Assembly: GCF_006345805.1 (NCBI RefSeq)
Contig: NC_043015.1
Coordinates: 51,832,001 to 51,896,000 of the forward strand
DNA: 64,000 bases
From: Octopus sinensis
Lineage: Eukaryota
Direction of reading: 5' to 3'
Both the position numbers and the translations under genes were made by a program. The stretch's first letter is position 1. Each line of letters opens with the position of its first letter. Below, one piece after another: positions 12,991 through 27,344 of this stretch. The notes below the pieces were generated by a model, which was not told the DNA's origin, searched no databases, and saw only the letters and a program-made list of their open reading frames with translations.

Positions 12991-13339
12991 AGATTTCATC
13001 ACATGTATAATTTCGACTACGTAATGCAATCGAAAGGCACACGCGTTCTTTAAACAGGTATCGTCTCTAATCTTGTTTCTTTTCTTGCTTATTTCCTTTT
13101 TCTTCTACGGTTTTGATCAAGGTTTCACTTGACATGTTTGTCCAATTTGTTTTCTCTACCTCATCTTTTTTGAGCGTACAGTTAACTGGGAATAAAGGTT
13201 TGTATAATCTTTTTTTGTTTGTTTATATTATGGGCATCACCTTTTGGAAATTTTATCTACTTATTGTAACTCCTCACGTTGTCCAGCTGTCCGACTCTCC
13301 ATGTCCCCGCTCATTTTGTGCTATTTTATCTTTGTCCGG

Positions 13340-13765
<426 letters not shown>

Positions 13766-14129
13766 TATGAAACTTACCGATTCAAACATACGTGAAGGCC
13801 TTGTAGATATTATTATCAGCTCTACCAGGAAAATGAACATCTTCTAATCGTTTTATCGCTGTTATCCCTGTTATTACAATATGCCTCTAAGAAAATTGGA
13901 GAAAATTTGCACATACAAAAATGGGATGGCGATGATATCTAGAATAAGGAATTCAAAACAAGCACCATAAAAGTACGTGCCGTGTAAATGATGAACAGAG
14001 ATGAAGGGAAACACGCCAGGGATTGTTGAATGCACAAAAACCACAGCACTTTTATTCCCTGCATTCTTGCAACTCAGAAACGTCCATAAAAGAGATGAGA
14101 CCACTTGTTAAAAAGCAGGAAAGGTGTGG

Positions 14130-14600
14130 TGCAGTGATATTAGAATGGAATTTGGTGTAACAAAATGTGAGATACTAATCATGGAGAGAGGATAAAGAGT
14201 TCATGTTAATGGGATGCTTTTATAGGAAGGAAAGACTTCAGAGCCTGATAACGATGGATAAATGTATCTAGGCTTGTTGGAAATCGATGACATCGTGCAT
14301 AAGGGGGATGAAATAAAGTGAAATCAATATATTTGAAACGATTAAAGCTCGTATGGAAATCCAAGTTTAATTCAAGGAATTTGTTGAATGTGATCATCTC
14401 GTGGTCTTTTGCAGCATACGATTCATTGCTGGAATGGTGAACTGAACGAAAGAATGAAACGACGCATTTATCGGAGAAACGAGAAAAATTCTTACTACGC
14501 ATGGCGTACTTCGTTCGAAGGTAAACATCATCTGTTTATGGATGAACTGGAAAGGTGGAAATTGCGAGCTTCACTAGCGTTTCTAACGAGTGGATCAAGA
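14130..14600 (+). mobile_element. Degraded RLE-type LINE (R4/Dong-like) RT C-terminal fragment
   Basis: Broken translation SDIRMEFGVTKCEILIMERG...YLGLLEIDDI...YLKRLKLVWKSKFNSRNLLNVI matches the DIxMEFGxxKC...YLG...YxxRxxxxxKSKLNxxN pattern of this group. Confidence 0.7.
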
Positions 14601-15794
14601 GCGACTGTCTGTAAGTTACCGCCGTGTAATGAGTGAAGAAGAGCAAATTATTCAGGGTGTAATAGAAGTAGTGTTTTGTATTTATGCATTGAATTTAATT
14701 GGTATAAAGTATACCCGAACAGGATAATTTGAGAAAAAAATGAGGCATTAGAAGAAATACGGTTATATGTAGAGTTACAGTCTACAGTTACATGTAGACT
14801 TGGAAAAATGCTTCATAGTGCTTTCACAAGGACAATTCCACGTCCGGAGCTGTTGGTGGTATTGATGGTGGTGGTGGTGGTGACACATTTGGTAATAGTG
14901 ACATTGGTGATGCTGGTTGTCTGCGTTTAGGTTGCTGTTGGGACACCGTTGTTGGTTTTCATTCTTTCGTTAGGCGTCAGCCTGCAATCAACAGGTTGAA
15001 TATCAAGGATCTCTATCCGGGTCTTATCTCTGCAATGCAATTCTTACTCATTTACAATAAGGTAGTTTCTTCCAATCTCTGTTGTTATCAAACTAATTCG
15101 TTCCATGTCTTTTCTTCTGGTAATAGTTGTACACTTAGTGTTCTTACTATGTGCCAGGAAGGTTAGAGTCCTGCGTATAACCCCCCCCCCCCCCCAAAAA
15201 AAAAAAATGTTACAAAACCCTCTGGTTGTCTTTGAAGAAAATAATTTAATGAGAGTGGTTGTGTCGTATGAATTTGAACAAAGAATGTTTTGGATTAAGC
15301 ATTCTTGACTTTAATGCTTTAGAAGTGAAAAGAACTTATAGTAAAATGACCAATCCAAAACAATGGACTATTCAATGCATATGTTGTAAAACCCAAAATA
15401 TGTTCTTGTCGGGAGGGTTCCTCCATTCACATTTATAAATTACAGCGTTGCTCATAGAGTTTTGCGTAAAATTTTGATCACAAAGTTTCTTATTCCGAGG
15501 AGTTCCTCCTTTCAGCAAGATGTGAGCAATAAAAGGGCATTGGCTCCTTTTATTTAATGGTTGAAAGGTAAGATCTTGTATTTGCTAGTTCGTAGTCCTT
15601 CATTAGTTTTAAGTTTTATCCAAAATATTCTTACAATTTTCTTCTATACATCTGAATTTCAAGTTTCTACTTTGATGGTGTTAGTGACGAAGCTACTCTG
15701 GTGATGTCGTCGATAGCGTCGTTCGTAGAGGAATTGGTTACGTTAGTGAGGTAGTAATACTAATAATGGTGCTTCTGATTATCGTATTTGTTTC

Positions 15795-16672
15795 AGATAT
15801 TTAACACAAGGGCTGCAGGTTTTGAGGAATGGATAAATCGATTACATCGATCCGCAGTACTCAATTGGTACTTAATTTATCGGCCCCGAAAGAATGAAAA
15901 GCAAAATCGATTTCGTCGGCATTTGGATTCAGAACGTAAAGATGGATGAAACACCGCTAAGCATAATACCCGGCCAGCACGCCGCCTTATTAGCGATAAT
16001 TCTTTTCACATTTTCACCAGCAATTTTGAGAAAGAGATAAGACGATTACATCGATCCGCACTGCTCAACTGTACTTAATTTATCGACCCTGAAAGGATGA
16101 AAAGCAAAGTGGATCTCGGCGGAATTTGAACTTAGAATGTAAAGAAGAAAGAAATGCCTCTAGACATTTTGCTTGGCGTTTCAACAAGTCTACCAGCTCG
16201 CCAATTTATTAATGTTTATAATTATTTCTACTGCAGGCACAAGGCCTGTAAAGTTGGGGGAAGGCATAGTCGATTACATCGATCCCAGTGCATAACTGGT
16301 ACTTATTTCATCAGCCCCGAAAAGATGAAAGGCAAGGTCGACATCAGCCGAATTTGAACTCAGAACGTAAAGACAGACGAAATGCGGCTAAGAATTTCAC
16401 TCGGCTTGCTAACATCTCTGTCAGCTCGCCGCCTTGACCGAATGTAATATTCTTTTCTTGTCTAGGTACAAAGCCCGAAATTTTTGGGGAGGTAGCCAGT
16501 CGATTAGATCGGCCCAAGTACGTAACTGGTACTTAATTTATCGCCCCCCCCCCCCATAGGATAAAAGGCAAAGTCGACCCCGGCAAGATGTGAACTCAGA
16601 ACGGAAAGACAGACGAAATATGGCTAAGCATTTCGCTTGGCGTGCTACCATTTCTGCCAGCTTGCCATTTTA
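15795..16672 (-). mobile_element. Four head-to-tail copies of SINE family B
   Basis: Unit cgattacatcgatcc...ggtacttaatttatcg..ccgaaa.gatgaaaggcaaagtcga...gaatttgaactcagaacgtaaag recurs at about 15840, 16045, 16270 and 16500. Confidence 0.92.
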
Positions 16673-16789
16673 TTAATGATGATAATACTGAGAAAGTGCC
16701 ATCCGTAATGGCATTAGTGGTGGTCGTGGTTGTATTGGCAGGAGTGGTTTTCGTATTGTGAGGTGGGGGTAGTGTTCATACTGGTGTAT

Positions 16790-17336
16790 GTATTAGAAGC
16801 GATGATATCGTAATGTGGTGATGGTGGTGTTAGTGGTGAAGGTGGTGGGAAGTCGGGGGGTGGGTGGCGGTGTTGATGGCAGTGGTGAAGGTGGTGTTGA
16901 TAATGGTGGGGTAGGTGGTTGTAGTGGCTGTCGTGTTACGGTGGTGGTATTCTGTTGATTGTGTTGCTGTTGCTCTTAGCGATGATCGTTGGTATGTCGT
17001 GATATTACATATGGCCATAATGACGTAGTTTATAGTGATGATGATGATGATGATGATGATTATGATGACGACCACAATGATGATGGTGTTGATGATGATG
17101 ATGATGATGATGGTGTTGATGATGAGGGTGGTGATGATGATGATGGTGATGGTGATGGTGATGTTGAAAGTAATAATGATGTTGATGATGGTGATGATGA
17201 TGACGACGGCGACGGTGATGACGATGGTAATGATGATGATAATGACGATAATGAAAGCATCTAAGACAACGGTGACAACGACGACAATGACGATGATGAT
17301 GGTGGTGGTGGTAGTGATGAGGATGATGGTGATGAC

Positions 17337-17383
<47 letters not shown>

Positions 17384-17838
17384 CGATGATGATGATGTTG
17401 ACGATGATGGTTTTGTCGACTGCGACGATGACGACGATGAAGACGATTATGATGATGATGATGATGATGACGACGACGACGAAGATGATGGTCGTGATGT
17501 TTGCGGAAGTAGTAGCTGCAACATTTGATGCTAATGGCAACGGTGGTATTCCCGTTAATGATGCCTGTTTGGGATGTCAACGGAAAAACAATGGTGAAGT
17601 CGTCGGCGGAAATGGTGTGCTGGTGGTGGTGGTGGTGGGGGTGATGGTGGTGGCGGTAACAAAACTAGCGGTGTAGTCGATGGCATATAATACTGACGAT
17701 GCTGCTGCTGTTGATGGTGTGGTAATGACGATGGTGGTGCTGGTGGTGAATATTTATGGTGTCGGCGGTGGTAGTGGAACTAAAGAACAATTTCAGAATT
17801 ATCAAGACAAACATTTCGAATCAATATTTTCTAATCAA

Positions 17839-17883
<45 letters not shown>

Positions 17884-18160
17884 CTCTCTGTTTGTTCCTC
17901 AAAAACACAATCACCACCACCACCACCACCACCACCACCACCACCATAACACCCCCCACCACCATACTACCACCACCACCACCATACTATCACCCCTGTA
18001 CCACCACCTCCATCATACCATCACCACCACCATAACACCACCCCACCACCATATCACCCCATCACCATACTACCGCCACCACCACCACCACCACCTCCAT
18101 CATACCATCACCACCACGACCACCATACCACCACCACTACCACCACCACCTCAACACTTA
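16790..18160. repeat. Low-complexity (GAT/GGT/GAC)n, then (CT)n and (CAC/CAT)n
   Basis: Directly visible trinucleotide arrays. Confidence 0.93.
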
Positions 18161-18693
18161 CCCGTCCACCGCTCCCACCTTGATGTTCCCAAATATTTCA
18201 CCTCCATCAATCTGCTCCGCCCTTACATGTAACTACTTCCACACCTGATACACCCCGCTCGCTCCCGCCGACAGCATAAACACCCCCACCCCAGTCCCAA
18301 ACCCCTCCCATCCTAAGACCCCCACCCCCACATCCTTTACATCACCTTCCTTACTATATCACCCTTGCCTGACTGCCGCCTGCAGTTCGGTAAAAATTAA
18401 CTCCTGTAAAATGACATGGCGCCATTTTCTTCCCCACCACCACGGTCTTCCTTCATCACCAATCCCCCCATCATCTCTCTTATTCTCTCGTTCTTTCTTT
18501 CATTCTCTCACTCAATCATTTATTCCTTCAATTTTTTTCTTTACCTCCCTGTCAATCTTTCATTCACATCGTCGATCCTTACGTCTCTCTTCTCTTTGCA
18601 TTCTGTTACAATGAATCGTAGAGTCTTAGAATCATGCTACACTATCTACGGATCGTCGTCTTCCTTACTCTACTCTGACTGTCTGTCTCTCTG

Positions 18694-18729
<36 letters not shown>

Positions 18730-18904
18730 GCTCGCTCTCTCTCCCTCTCTCTCTTACTCCTCCACAATGTTAGATTTTACATAATTCCTATATTTATATT
18801 CGTATTTCATTTTCACACTCCCCGTAATACATACATACTTACCATACTTACATACTTACATACATAAATACATGCATACACACACACACACACAACACAC
18901 ACAC

Positions 18905-18957
<53 letters not shown>

Positions 18958-18979
18958 TGTATATATATATATATATATA

Positions 18980-19165
18980 TTTGAAGATGGATGCGTGGTG
19001 TGCGGAGTAGATAAAACAGTGGACAACTGATGAAGGGATTCTTCTTTATTTTGCTTGTCTCGCTTTCCCATTTGTTTCCATCGTTGTTTGAAAAAAGTTC
19101 GTTTTCTATGTTTGCATTTCATGTTCTCGTTTTTCATGTTTTTCACGTTTCTTGACGTCCTGCAC
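18980..19165 (+). mobile_element. Short interspersed repeat (family F), related to 56835-56930
   Basis: Shared gagtagata..ac....gacaactgatgaaggg...ctct.t...ttgtc motif; both copies abut (TA)n. Confidence 0.55.
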
Positions 19166-19189
19166 TCATATATGCATGCGTATATGCAT

Positions 19190-19218
19190 GTATGTAAGTA
19201 TGTACATGTACGTATATA

Positions 19219-19265
<47 letters not shown>

Positions 19266-19390
19266 TATAGATATATATATATATATATATATATGTAGTC
19301 CCGGGTTGAGTCGGGGTTAACCACAGTAAATAAGGTACTCAATACATAGCAGAGTAGAGTCCTGTAGAAGCTCCTTCTATAAAATAATAT

Positions 19391-19430
<40 letters not shown>

Positions 19431-19471
19431 CTTTTATATATATGCATATATATATTATATATACTATATAT

Positions 19472-19505
<34 letters not shown>

Positions 19506-19610
19506 ATATAATATATAATATATATACATACATATATATTATATATATATGCATAGATATACATATATATTCTATGCATACATATATACGTACACATACG
19601 TATATACACT
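19190..19610. repeat. (TA)n array with a ~90-bp unique insert (19295-19385)
   Basis: Directly visible. Confidence 0.9.
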
Positions 19611-20284
19611 TATGCTCCCTCCAAACATCCACTAATCACTTTTTATTCACAATTGCTATTTTCTTTCACTACTCAATTTCTTCTTTCACCGCCAATCATT
19701 ATTCCATTTTCTCCTTCTTTCGCTCTTTAATTCATTCATCCAATAAATCAGTCTTTATTCCTCTCCTTCTTACTTTCATTCGATCATTCTTTCATTTCAC
19801 TTCCTTTGCTGTTTAGATCCATAGACCTTACTTGCTCATTTATTCATCTATGCATCTCTTTCGATATCATTCCCTTCCGTCACTTCTTCCTTCTTACTTT
19901 TTCTTTCTCTCCATAATTCTTCCTTTGCACAAGTCTCCATTCCAGCGCACCAATTCTGTCCTCATTCTTTTATATTCTCTCATTCCATTCTTTCAGTATT
20001 TATCGCCTTCCTCTTCACACTTCCCAGTTTTACTTCCTCTTTCTTTCTGTCTCTCTTCCTCTCCCATGTAACTTTTCTTCCTCTCTGCTCTTCTCTCATT
20101 TCTTCTCCCTTTTCTTGGTTATATTTTCCCATTCGTTATTCTTCCTTGCTTACTTTCGTCAACTTAATTTTCTGCTAATCTATAGCTGATCACCTGCTCA
20201 CCCTCCTTACACACACACACACACATACACACACACCTATGTATCTACCTGTCTATTTGTCCATCTCTCTCTCTCTCTTTTTAT

Positions 20285-20317
<33 letters not shown>

Positions 20318-20335
20318 CATATATATATATGTATA

Positions 20336-20635
20336 TCACTGCCACCGACCAAGCTATCAGATGTTGCACACATCACTGGTGACGATGCGCTTCGCATTGT
20401 TTTAGCCTTCAGACGATGCCACTCCGCTGGCTAAGCGAGCAGGCCAATAGAAGAAAGAGTGAGAGAAAGTTGTGGTGAAAGAGTACAGCAGGAACCGCTA
20501 CCACCCACTGCCGGAGCGTCGTGGAGCTTTAGGTGTTTCGCTCAATAAACACACACAACGCCCGGTCTGGGAATCGAAACCACGAGCCTACGACTGCGAG
20601 TCCGCTGCCCTAACGACTGGGCCATTGTGCCTCCA
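20336..20635 (-). mobile_element. tRNA(Arg)-like SINE
   Basis: Minus strand: ggaggcacaatggcccagtcgttaggg (A box), gactcgcagtc (TCG anticodon-like arm), gtttcgattccc (B box), followed by a ~220-bp non-tRNA body. Confidence 0.8.
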
Positions 20636-20832
20636 CATATATGTATATACATGTATATATGTGTGTGTGTGTGTGTCTGTGCATGTATATATGTATGTAT
20701 ATCTAGTTATTTACATATAAGTGAGTGCACGCACGCACACATCTCTGTCTCTCCACACACACACATATACATTGTCTTCAATATAACGGGCTTACATCGA
20801 TACACATTTACATATTCACACCCACACATACA

Positions 20833-20866
<34 letters not shown>

Positions 20867-20885
20867 GCTAGCTAGCTAGCTAGCT

Positions 20886-23638
20886 ATTGCACACATTTTG
20901 TGCCAGTTTTTACACTACAGGTGTGTAAAGCACCCAGCTCTCGTTTGAGTGTATTTTCAAGGGAGGAATTGACCCTCAGGGTCCACCGTTCCGCCCTTAG
21001 AAAGCGATTCTACTACTACTGCTTCTGCTACTGGCTCTACCACTACTACCACCACTACCGCCATCACCAACACAAGCAACACGAATACCGAAAACAATCT
21101 TTAAAGCTAAAGAAATTTTACACATCTTTTTCGACGTATAGAGGTTTCCCTGGAAACGTCTCGACCTTTACTTTTAGTGGGGGATTGGAACGCCACCCTG
21201 GCCAGAGATAGCAATAGGAGAAGCTGCAAATGCTTCAAAGACCTGCTCAGACGTTTCCAAGTATCTGATAGGTATCGACTGGACCACACGAATATGCCAA
21301 TGTGGGCATGGAGCAACCGCCTCGGGTCGTCCAGATCGTACTTAGATAGAGTATTCTGTAGAACAGTAGATAAAGATAGTGTAGGTTGTCCACAATTCAA
21401 TATAGTCAGCTACACAGACCACAAATTTGTGACTTGTACATTTAACTTAGATAAGACACATAGGCAGGGTCTTGGTTACTGGAAGCTGAACGCATCTTTC
21501 ACGGCACGCCAGGCTTACAGGGACCGGATTAGCACATTAGTTAAGAGAGCTTTGACGGGTGCCATCATCAACAACAGATGGTGGTATGCTCTAAAGAAAG
21601 CATTTATAGCAGAATCGGTTAGGTACAGTAAGGCCCTAGCATTAGTCCGAAATAGAATAGAGGGAGACTTAGTTAAGAATTTAGAAGAGGCACTTAGAAC
21701 TGGCATCGCGTCCAACGTACTGGCTGCGAGGTTGGCCCTCGAGCAACACCTCAACGCCAAACACGAAGGATGCGTTGTTAGAGCTAGGGTGCGTGCTCAG
21801 AGGAACGAAGGAGTTGGAGCCGTCCGAGGAGCCCGAGTGGTGGAGACGTAACGAGGCAACAGAGCCACCATCTGATGCGCTACATCATAGACAGGGTAGT
21901 TAAGGATCCTGACATGTGTGGGGCGCTGATCAACTTGGATTAATCAAAAGCCTTCGATAGGGTAGACCATCACTACTTGGAGGCTGTCTTTAAAGTGGCT
22001 GGTTTCGGTCCCATCTTTCGCGGTTGGATGGCTGCCTTATACAGCGGCATCCGCTCGGTAGTTCGCGTAAATGGTCATCTATCTAGACCTTTTAGCATCA
22101 TGCGTTCGGTTCGTCAAGGATGCCCCCTCTCATCGCTTCTGTACGTATTGACTCTTGAGCCACTACTGCGGAAACTGGCGACGTTGAGGGGCATCCCACG
22201 AGAGCTGGGATGTGGGAGGAGCGTATCTGCATACGCGGACAACGTCACCGTCATAGTGTCGAGTTACAAGCACATCGACCTGGTTGGCGAGACACTAAAA
22301 AAATACGAAGCGGTAAGGGGTGCAAAAACTAACCGGGAAAAGTTAGTGGGCTTGCGGCTTGGCACCTGGAGAAGCAAGCCCATGCCGTCCAACAGCGTCT
22401 CCATCGTGGGACACTGGACCGACGGACCGGTTAAATTGCTCGGAGTCTGGTTCGGTCCGAACCACCAAAAGGAGAAGAACTGGGGCGAAATAACGCCTAG
22501 GGTGGCCACTCCCACCCAGCAATGGTCTGAGAGGAAGCTATCCCTAATAGGTCGGGCGGAGGTGGCGAACGCGTACATCGCATCCGTCATCGAGTATCGT
22601 CTGACCGTCGTGCCTTGTCCCGATCCTACCATCACCAAACTGGAACGCATAGACTTCCGCTTCCTGTGGAAGGGAAGCGTTCCGATGGTTTGGCGATCCA
22701 TTTGCTGTCAACACCCGCTAAATGGAGGGGAGGTGCGGCGACGTTCTCGGGCAGAATCTGGGCGTCGATAAGAGACACCTGACCCATTTGTTCAGAACAA
22801 CTTTCGGGCCTGGACCTATGGACAATCACCAAAGATCCCTGGCCTGGCAGTGCTATCGAGAAGCATTACCTGTTCGGGATAATCTCTACAGGCACAGTTC
22901 GAGACACACTGGACCGACTTGCCCGATCAGAGCATCGAAACCGTTCTGCACGCACTCGTGCAGTGTCCAACCATTTCGGACCTGTGGGCTTATGCTGAGC
23001 GGCTGCTGTCGCGCATATGACGTGTCCGCCTGTCGGCCGAGTCTATCGTGCAAATTACGCCGCCCACTTCCTTCAACCGGGAACGCAAGGCAGTTTCATC
23101 GTACTGGTGGCTATGGTGAAAGAATGTGTGTGGTGGACTCGAGCAAAAGGATTAGAGACACACACTTATCTCTCTGGCCAATCGCTCATCAACTTTTTGA
23201 AGTACCACTTGAAAAGGAAGGTGAGAATGGAGAAGTAGGTTTTGTCAGGTGAAAGTTTCAAAAAAGGTGGGTGAATGTAGCAAAGATGGTGCGTGCGAGA
23301 GACGAAACGACTTTCAGCATGATCCTGTAAATCGTAAAAGAGAAAGAGAGAGAGCACTTTGCTCTCGTGTTTATTTCCTTCCTGCCCGAGGTCACCGTGG
23401 TCTTTTCTGTAGGCTTTTCTTTCCACGGATGAACCTAATCGTGTTTGTTACTCTAAAAAGTTTTCTTTCTTTCTGTGATACACGATCCCTTTTGATCGCT
23501 TTTTTCCCGATCCCTTTTGATCGAAACTTTACATTTGTTTCCTTTTTTTTTCTTTTTCCTTTTACATCTTCGAAAAGAAAAGCTCTACATTTGTATTTGT
23601 CCCCTCTGTGTCCAGCTCTGTGTGGCCAATAGCGAAAG

Positions 23639-23640
<2 letters not shown>
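20886..23640 (+). mobile_element. Tx1/L1-like LINE with internal deletions (APE endonuclease end, RT, C-terminus, 3' UTR)
   Basis: GDWNATL, SYLDRVF, TDHKFV and GYWKLN (APE); LD*SKAFDRVDH, SVRQGCPLS and YADN (RT); stops, frameshifts and deletions near 21150, 21870 and 22730. Flanked by (TATC)n on both sides. Confidence 0.93.
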
Positions 23641-23720
<80 letters not shown>

Positions 23721-25504
23721 GTCTGTCTGACTGTCTGTCTGTCTATCTATCTGTCTATCTATATTTAAAATACCTTACTTTCTCCCTTTAATTTTCTGTA
23801 TTTTTTGTAAATTATTTTGTAACTATATAAATGTCTACATGCTTATTATACACGAATGTCCATCTTCTGAACATTTTCGGTTTTTCTCTACATATTTATA
23901 TATCAACAACCTTCCCTTCCCCAAACAAACTAAAGGGAGAGATATAGCGGAGTAATGTGACCGAGCGCCTGAAGAAAATAGAGGTGATTGTCACGGTCGG
24001 AACGCCTATGATCATGGATTTTCTTATTTGGAACTTGCGTGAAGCCAAACAACAACAACAACAACGACAAAAACACTAATTCCAGTGAAACGATAATAGC
24101 AACGTCAAGGACTAAATTCTCCTCTGTTTTTATTCTGTGCTGTAATACTTCAACGTGGTTTGAAATCGGAACCCATTGACTTTATAGTTCATTTATGCTT
24201 TTCTAATGTTTTTGTATGTAGTACATTTTGTTGCACATATTAAAGTGTATTTTGAAAGCGTTCTGTGTGGGGCCGATATGATAATTACTGTTGGTAATTG
24301 GCATTTATAGATAAAGTTGTTTATTAGACAATTGCTATTACCAAGACATAGTTGCCAGTCTACAGTTACACGAACGTGAACATTTTGTGAAAAGTGTTTT
24401 TATAACTTGGTATATATTTTCCTTTGAGCTACGATTCACATTATTTGTCACCGAAGTAATTATGGCGTAAAATTCGTTTTTATTGTACTTACTACCAGTA
24501 CCAATTTTTAGTGTTAGCAACATGATTAAGTTTTAATTTTTGCTGCAATAAGAAGTCTCATTAAATATCAAATTATCACGATGTATAAATCTGTATGCGC
24601 AATATTGTTCTAGTGCTATTTCTTAATTTGTCTTTGATTCATTGTACTTAGTGTCAAGTTAGGAACAGTTATTTCTATACCAATAGTATTCGAGTTGAGT
24701 AGGTAAAGAAGTGCTACCAATATTCTTATTTTTATTTCTTGAACCTATAACAATAAACTAAATAGTGGGATCTTTGCTTACTTCCTGGTTTCCCTACATG
24801 AGTAACAGCGCTCGTGTTGCGACTCAAATTAAAGTTACACTCAGCGTGCATTTTAATTTTAGAGATATTGAATTTGTACTGATACATTCATTAAACATGT
24901 TAATTTTAAGAGATAGCAGATGTCGATGTATTAAATTAGATGTTGTTGAGTATGAGAATTGCACCGTAAAGTTATTGAAGATACGATATTAATACCAGAG
25001 TGGAATGGTATTAATATAGTGTCTTATACCAATGTTTGTTAATTTAAAATTTATTTATGGAGGATTATGCCACATTATCTCTTTCCCCAAATTTCTTTGA
25101 TTAAGTTTTATCTATAGTTTTCTTTCTATAGTGTTTACTTATCAATATTATAATACATAGATATTGCTTTGTCACTATTTTTTCACGTTAATTTAAGAAA
25201 TATTTCCCATAGCGTCTTTAACATTGGAATTATTGTTTCTTTTCATTTTCTCATTATTATACGTTCGATATTTACAAAGGCCACTCATATATTCCGATAA
25301 TTTGACGGATAATTTGAGTAGATAATAACATTTTACGATAAAGTGTGCTTTTATAACTTTCTTACCGATTGTTATTGCATCAGTTATTCTTTATCAGTGG
25401 TTGTAGTCGTTCATCGCGTCAGTATGTTGCCATGCATTGCTAAGTTGCCTTTTCAATTCTTGTATTCTTCCTGATCTTTTTTTTTCTATTAACGTTTGTT
25501 TCTG

Positions 25505-25715
25505 TTAAGGCGGTGAACAGGCGGGATCGTCATTACGCCAGACAAAATGCTTAGCGGCATTTCGCCCGTTTTTACGATCTGAGTGCAAATTCCGTCGCGG
25601 TCGACTTTGAATTGGATCTTTCGGGGTCGATAAAATAAGTACCAGTTAAAAATTGGCCCATGTAATCGACTCAAACCCTACCCCCAACTTGCTGGCTTTG
25701 TATCAAAATGTGAAA
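25505..25715 (+). mobile_element. SINE family B
   Basis: aaggcggtga...aaatgcttagcggcatttcg...ttcggggtcgataaaataagtaccagtt. Confidence 0.88.
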
Positions 25716-26304
25716 CCAATATCTTTTCTGTTAATTTTATTTTCTGTTACAAAACGAAAGACCAAAAACATCAAAACATGTTGAAATAACCCTTGACGGG
25801 TGGGGGAAGAAATAGTTAATACAACAGCCAGTATTATACTAACATTTATACTAAAATCTTCGCTGATATAAAAGTATGTATACACATACACACACACACA
25901 CACACAGACACGTGCACACACACACATAGGCGGGCGGCCGGTCGCAAGCCTGCAAATCCCTTAAACCTCTCTGACATGAAATGCATATCTAAAATTTCTT
26001 ACGCTCTTTCTAATTCCTCACTTTTTATATATCTGTTGTATATTAAATACATTTCGAAATACATTTTTTTGAAATATTTACTCTAATGAAGTGATTTTTT
26101 CCAAAACGATATCAATGACTTTATGCTATACTGCCGCAGCACCAGTTGCCATAAAAGAACTTTATCAAATACCTTTGCCATAACAAGAGAAAGGAAATAT
26201 TATTTCAACCGCAGTTACCATATTCACAGAAACAGGAACTACAAAATCCTACCCTATCCATCGTTATCACACAAACAACAGTTATAAAATAACGCCATAT
26301 TCCT

Positions 26305-26532
26305 TTTATCTTTTACTTGTTTCAGTCATTAACTGTGGCCATGTTGGGGCACCGTTTTGCGGAGTTTTGGTCGGAGGAATCGACTCCAGTCTGGTATTAT
26401 TTAAGCATGGTAATATTCTGTGGTATCTTTTTTGCCAAACCGCTAGGTTACAGGCACGAAAACAAATCAACAACGGTTGCCAAGCGTTATTGGTGGAACA
26501 AACGCACACACACACACGCACACACACACACG

Positions 26533-26564
<32 letters not shown>

Positions 26565-26735
26565 CACGCGCGCCTGAACTTCCTTCAAGCTCTATCTACT
26601 ATATCCACTCACAAGGCTTTCGTTAGCCCGAGGCTGTAGTAGAAAATACTTGATCGGGTGCCACACAGTCGGATTGAACCTGGAACATCGTAGTTGAGAA
26701 ACAAACTTTCCAACCACGCATCCACTCCTGCGCGT
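26305..26735 (-). mobile_element. SINE family A
   Basis: Reverse complement of the head (ccactcctgcgc) and tail (ttttacttgtttcagtcat) with internal (CA)n. Confidence 0.88.
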
Positions 26736-27024
26736 AGCCAGCCGTCTCTGCGCCTATTCATCGTCATCTTTATAAGAGCAGCACAAAATTAACACTTCAG
26801 TCATAAATTAATCTTCGACCGTAACCCAGAATATTAGAATGATTGTCCTCGTAATCAATAATAAGTTCACTCAGTGGAATGCACTCTTTTATATGACGTC
26901 AGCAACCAGTGAACTATGCTGTTCGATGCAGAGAATTCTTCCTCAAAGAAAGATGAAAGTTCCTTAACTTGCTTAGAAAAATAGATGAAGAATGAGAGTG
27001 AGAATAAACAGTTTGGAACTGGAA

Positions 27025-27232
27025 CGAGGCGACGAGCTCAAAGATTGGTGAGTGCTCTGGACAAATTATTTAGCGGCATTTCTTCCACATCCTTAGATTC
27101 TCAGTTCAAATTCCGCCGAGGTCGACTTTGACTTTTATAGTTTCGTGGTTGATTAAAATAAAACTATCAATCAAGCATTGATGGTGACGTAATCGATAGC
27201 CACCCTCCACTCGAATTCCAGGCCTTGTGCAT
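27025..27232 (+). mobile_element. SINE family B
   Basis: agttcaaattccgccgaggtcgactttg...ccaggccttgtgc. Confidence 0.82.
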
Positions 27233-27235
27233 ATA

Positions 27236-27335
<100 letters not shown>

Positions 27336-27344
27336 ATATATACT

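Noticed and set aside
15030-15700. Possible second GIY-YIG remnant on the minus strand (NAVIYKCE...YFG)
   Set aside because: Too degraded to call by eye; needs a translated HMM search.
15795-16672. CRISPR-like repeat array
   Set aside because: Units are ~210-bp SINEs in a eukaryotic context; no spacers or cas genes.
16830-17676. Poly-Asp, poly-His and poly-Met ORFs resembling acidic or His-rich structural proteins
   Set aside because: Open in several frames on both strands because (GAT)n has few stops; no signal peptide or splice support.
19027-19045. CTGATGA as a hammerhead core (also 56868)
   Set aside because: No stem II followed by GAAA-NUH downstream in either copy.
20560-20635. tRNA genes at SINE heads (also 38656 and 53870)
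   Set aside because: No complete acceptor stem or cloverleaf, and each continues into a SINE body.
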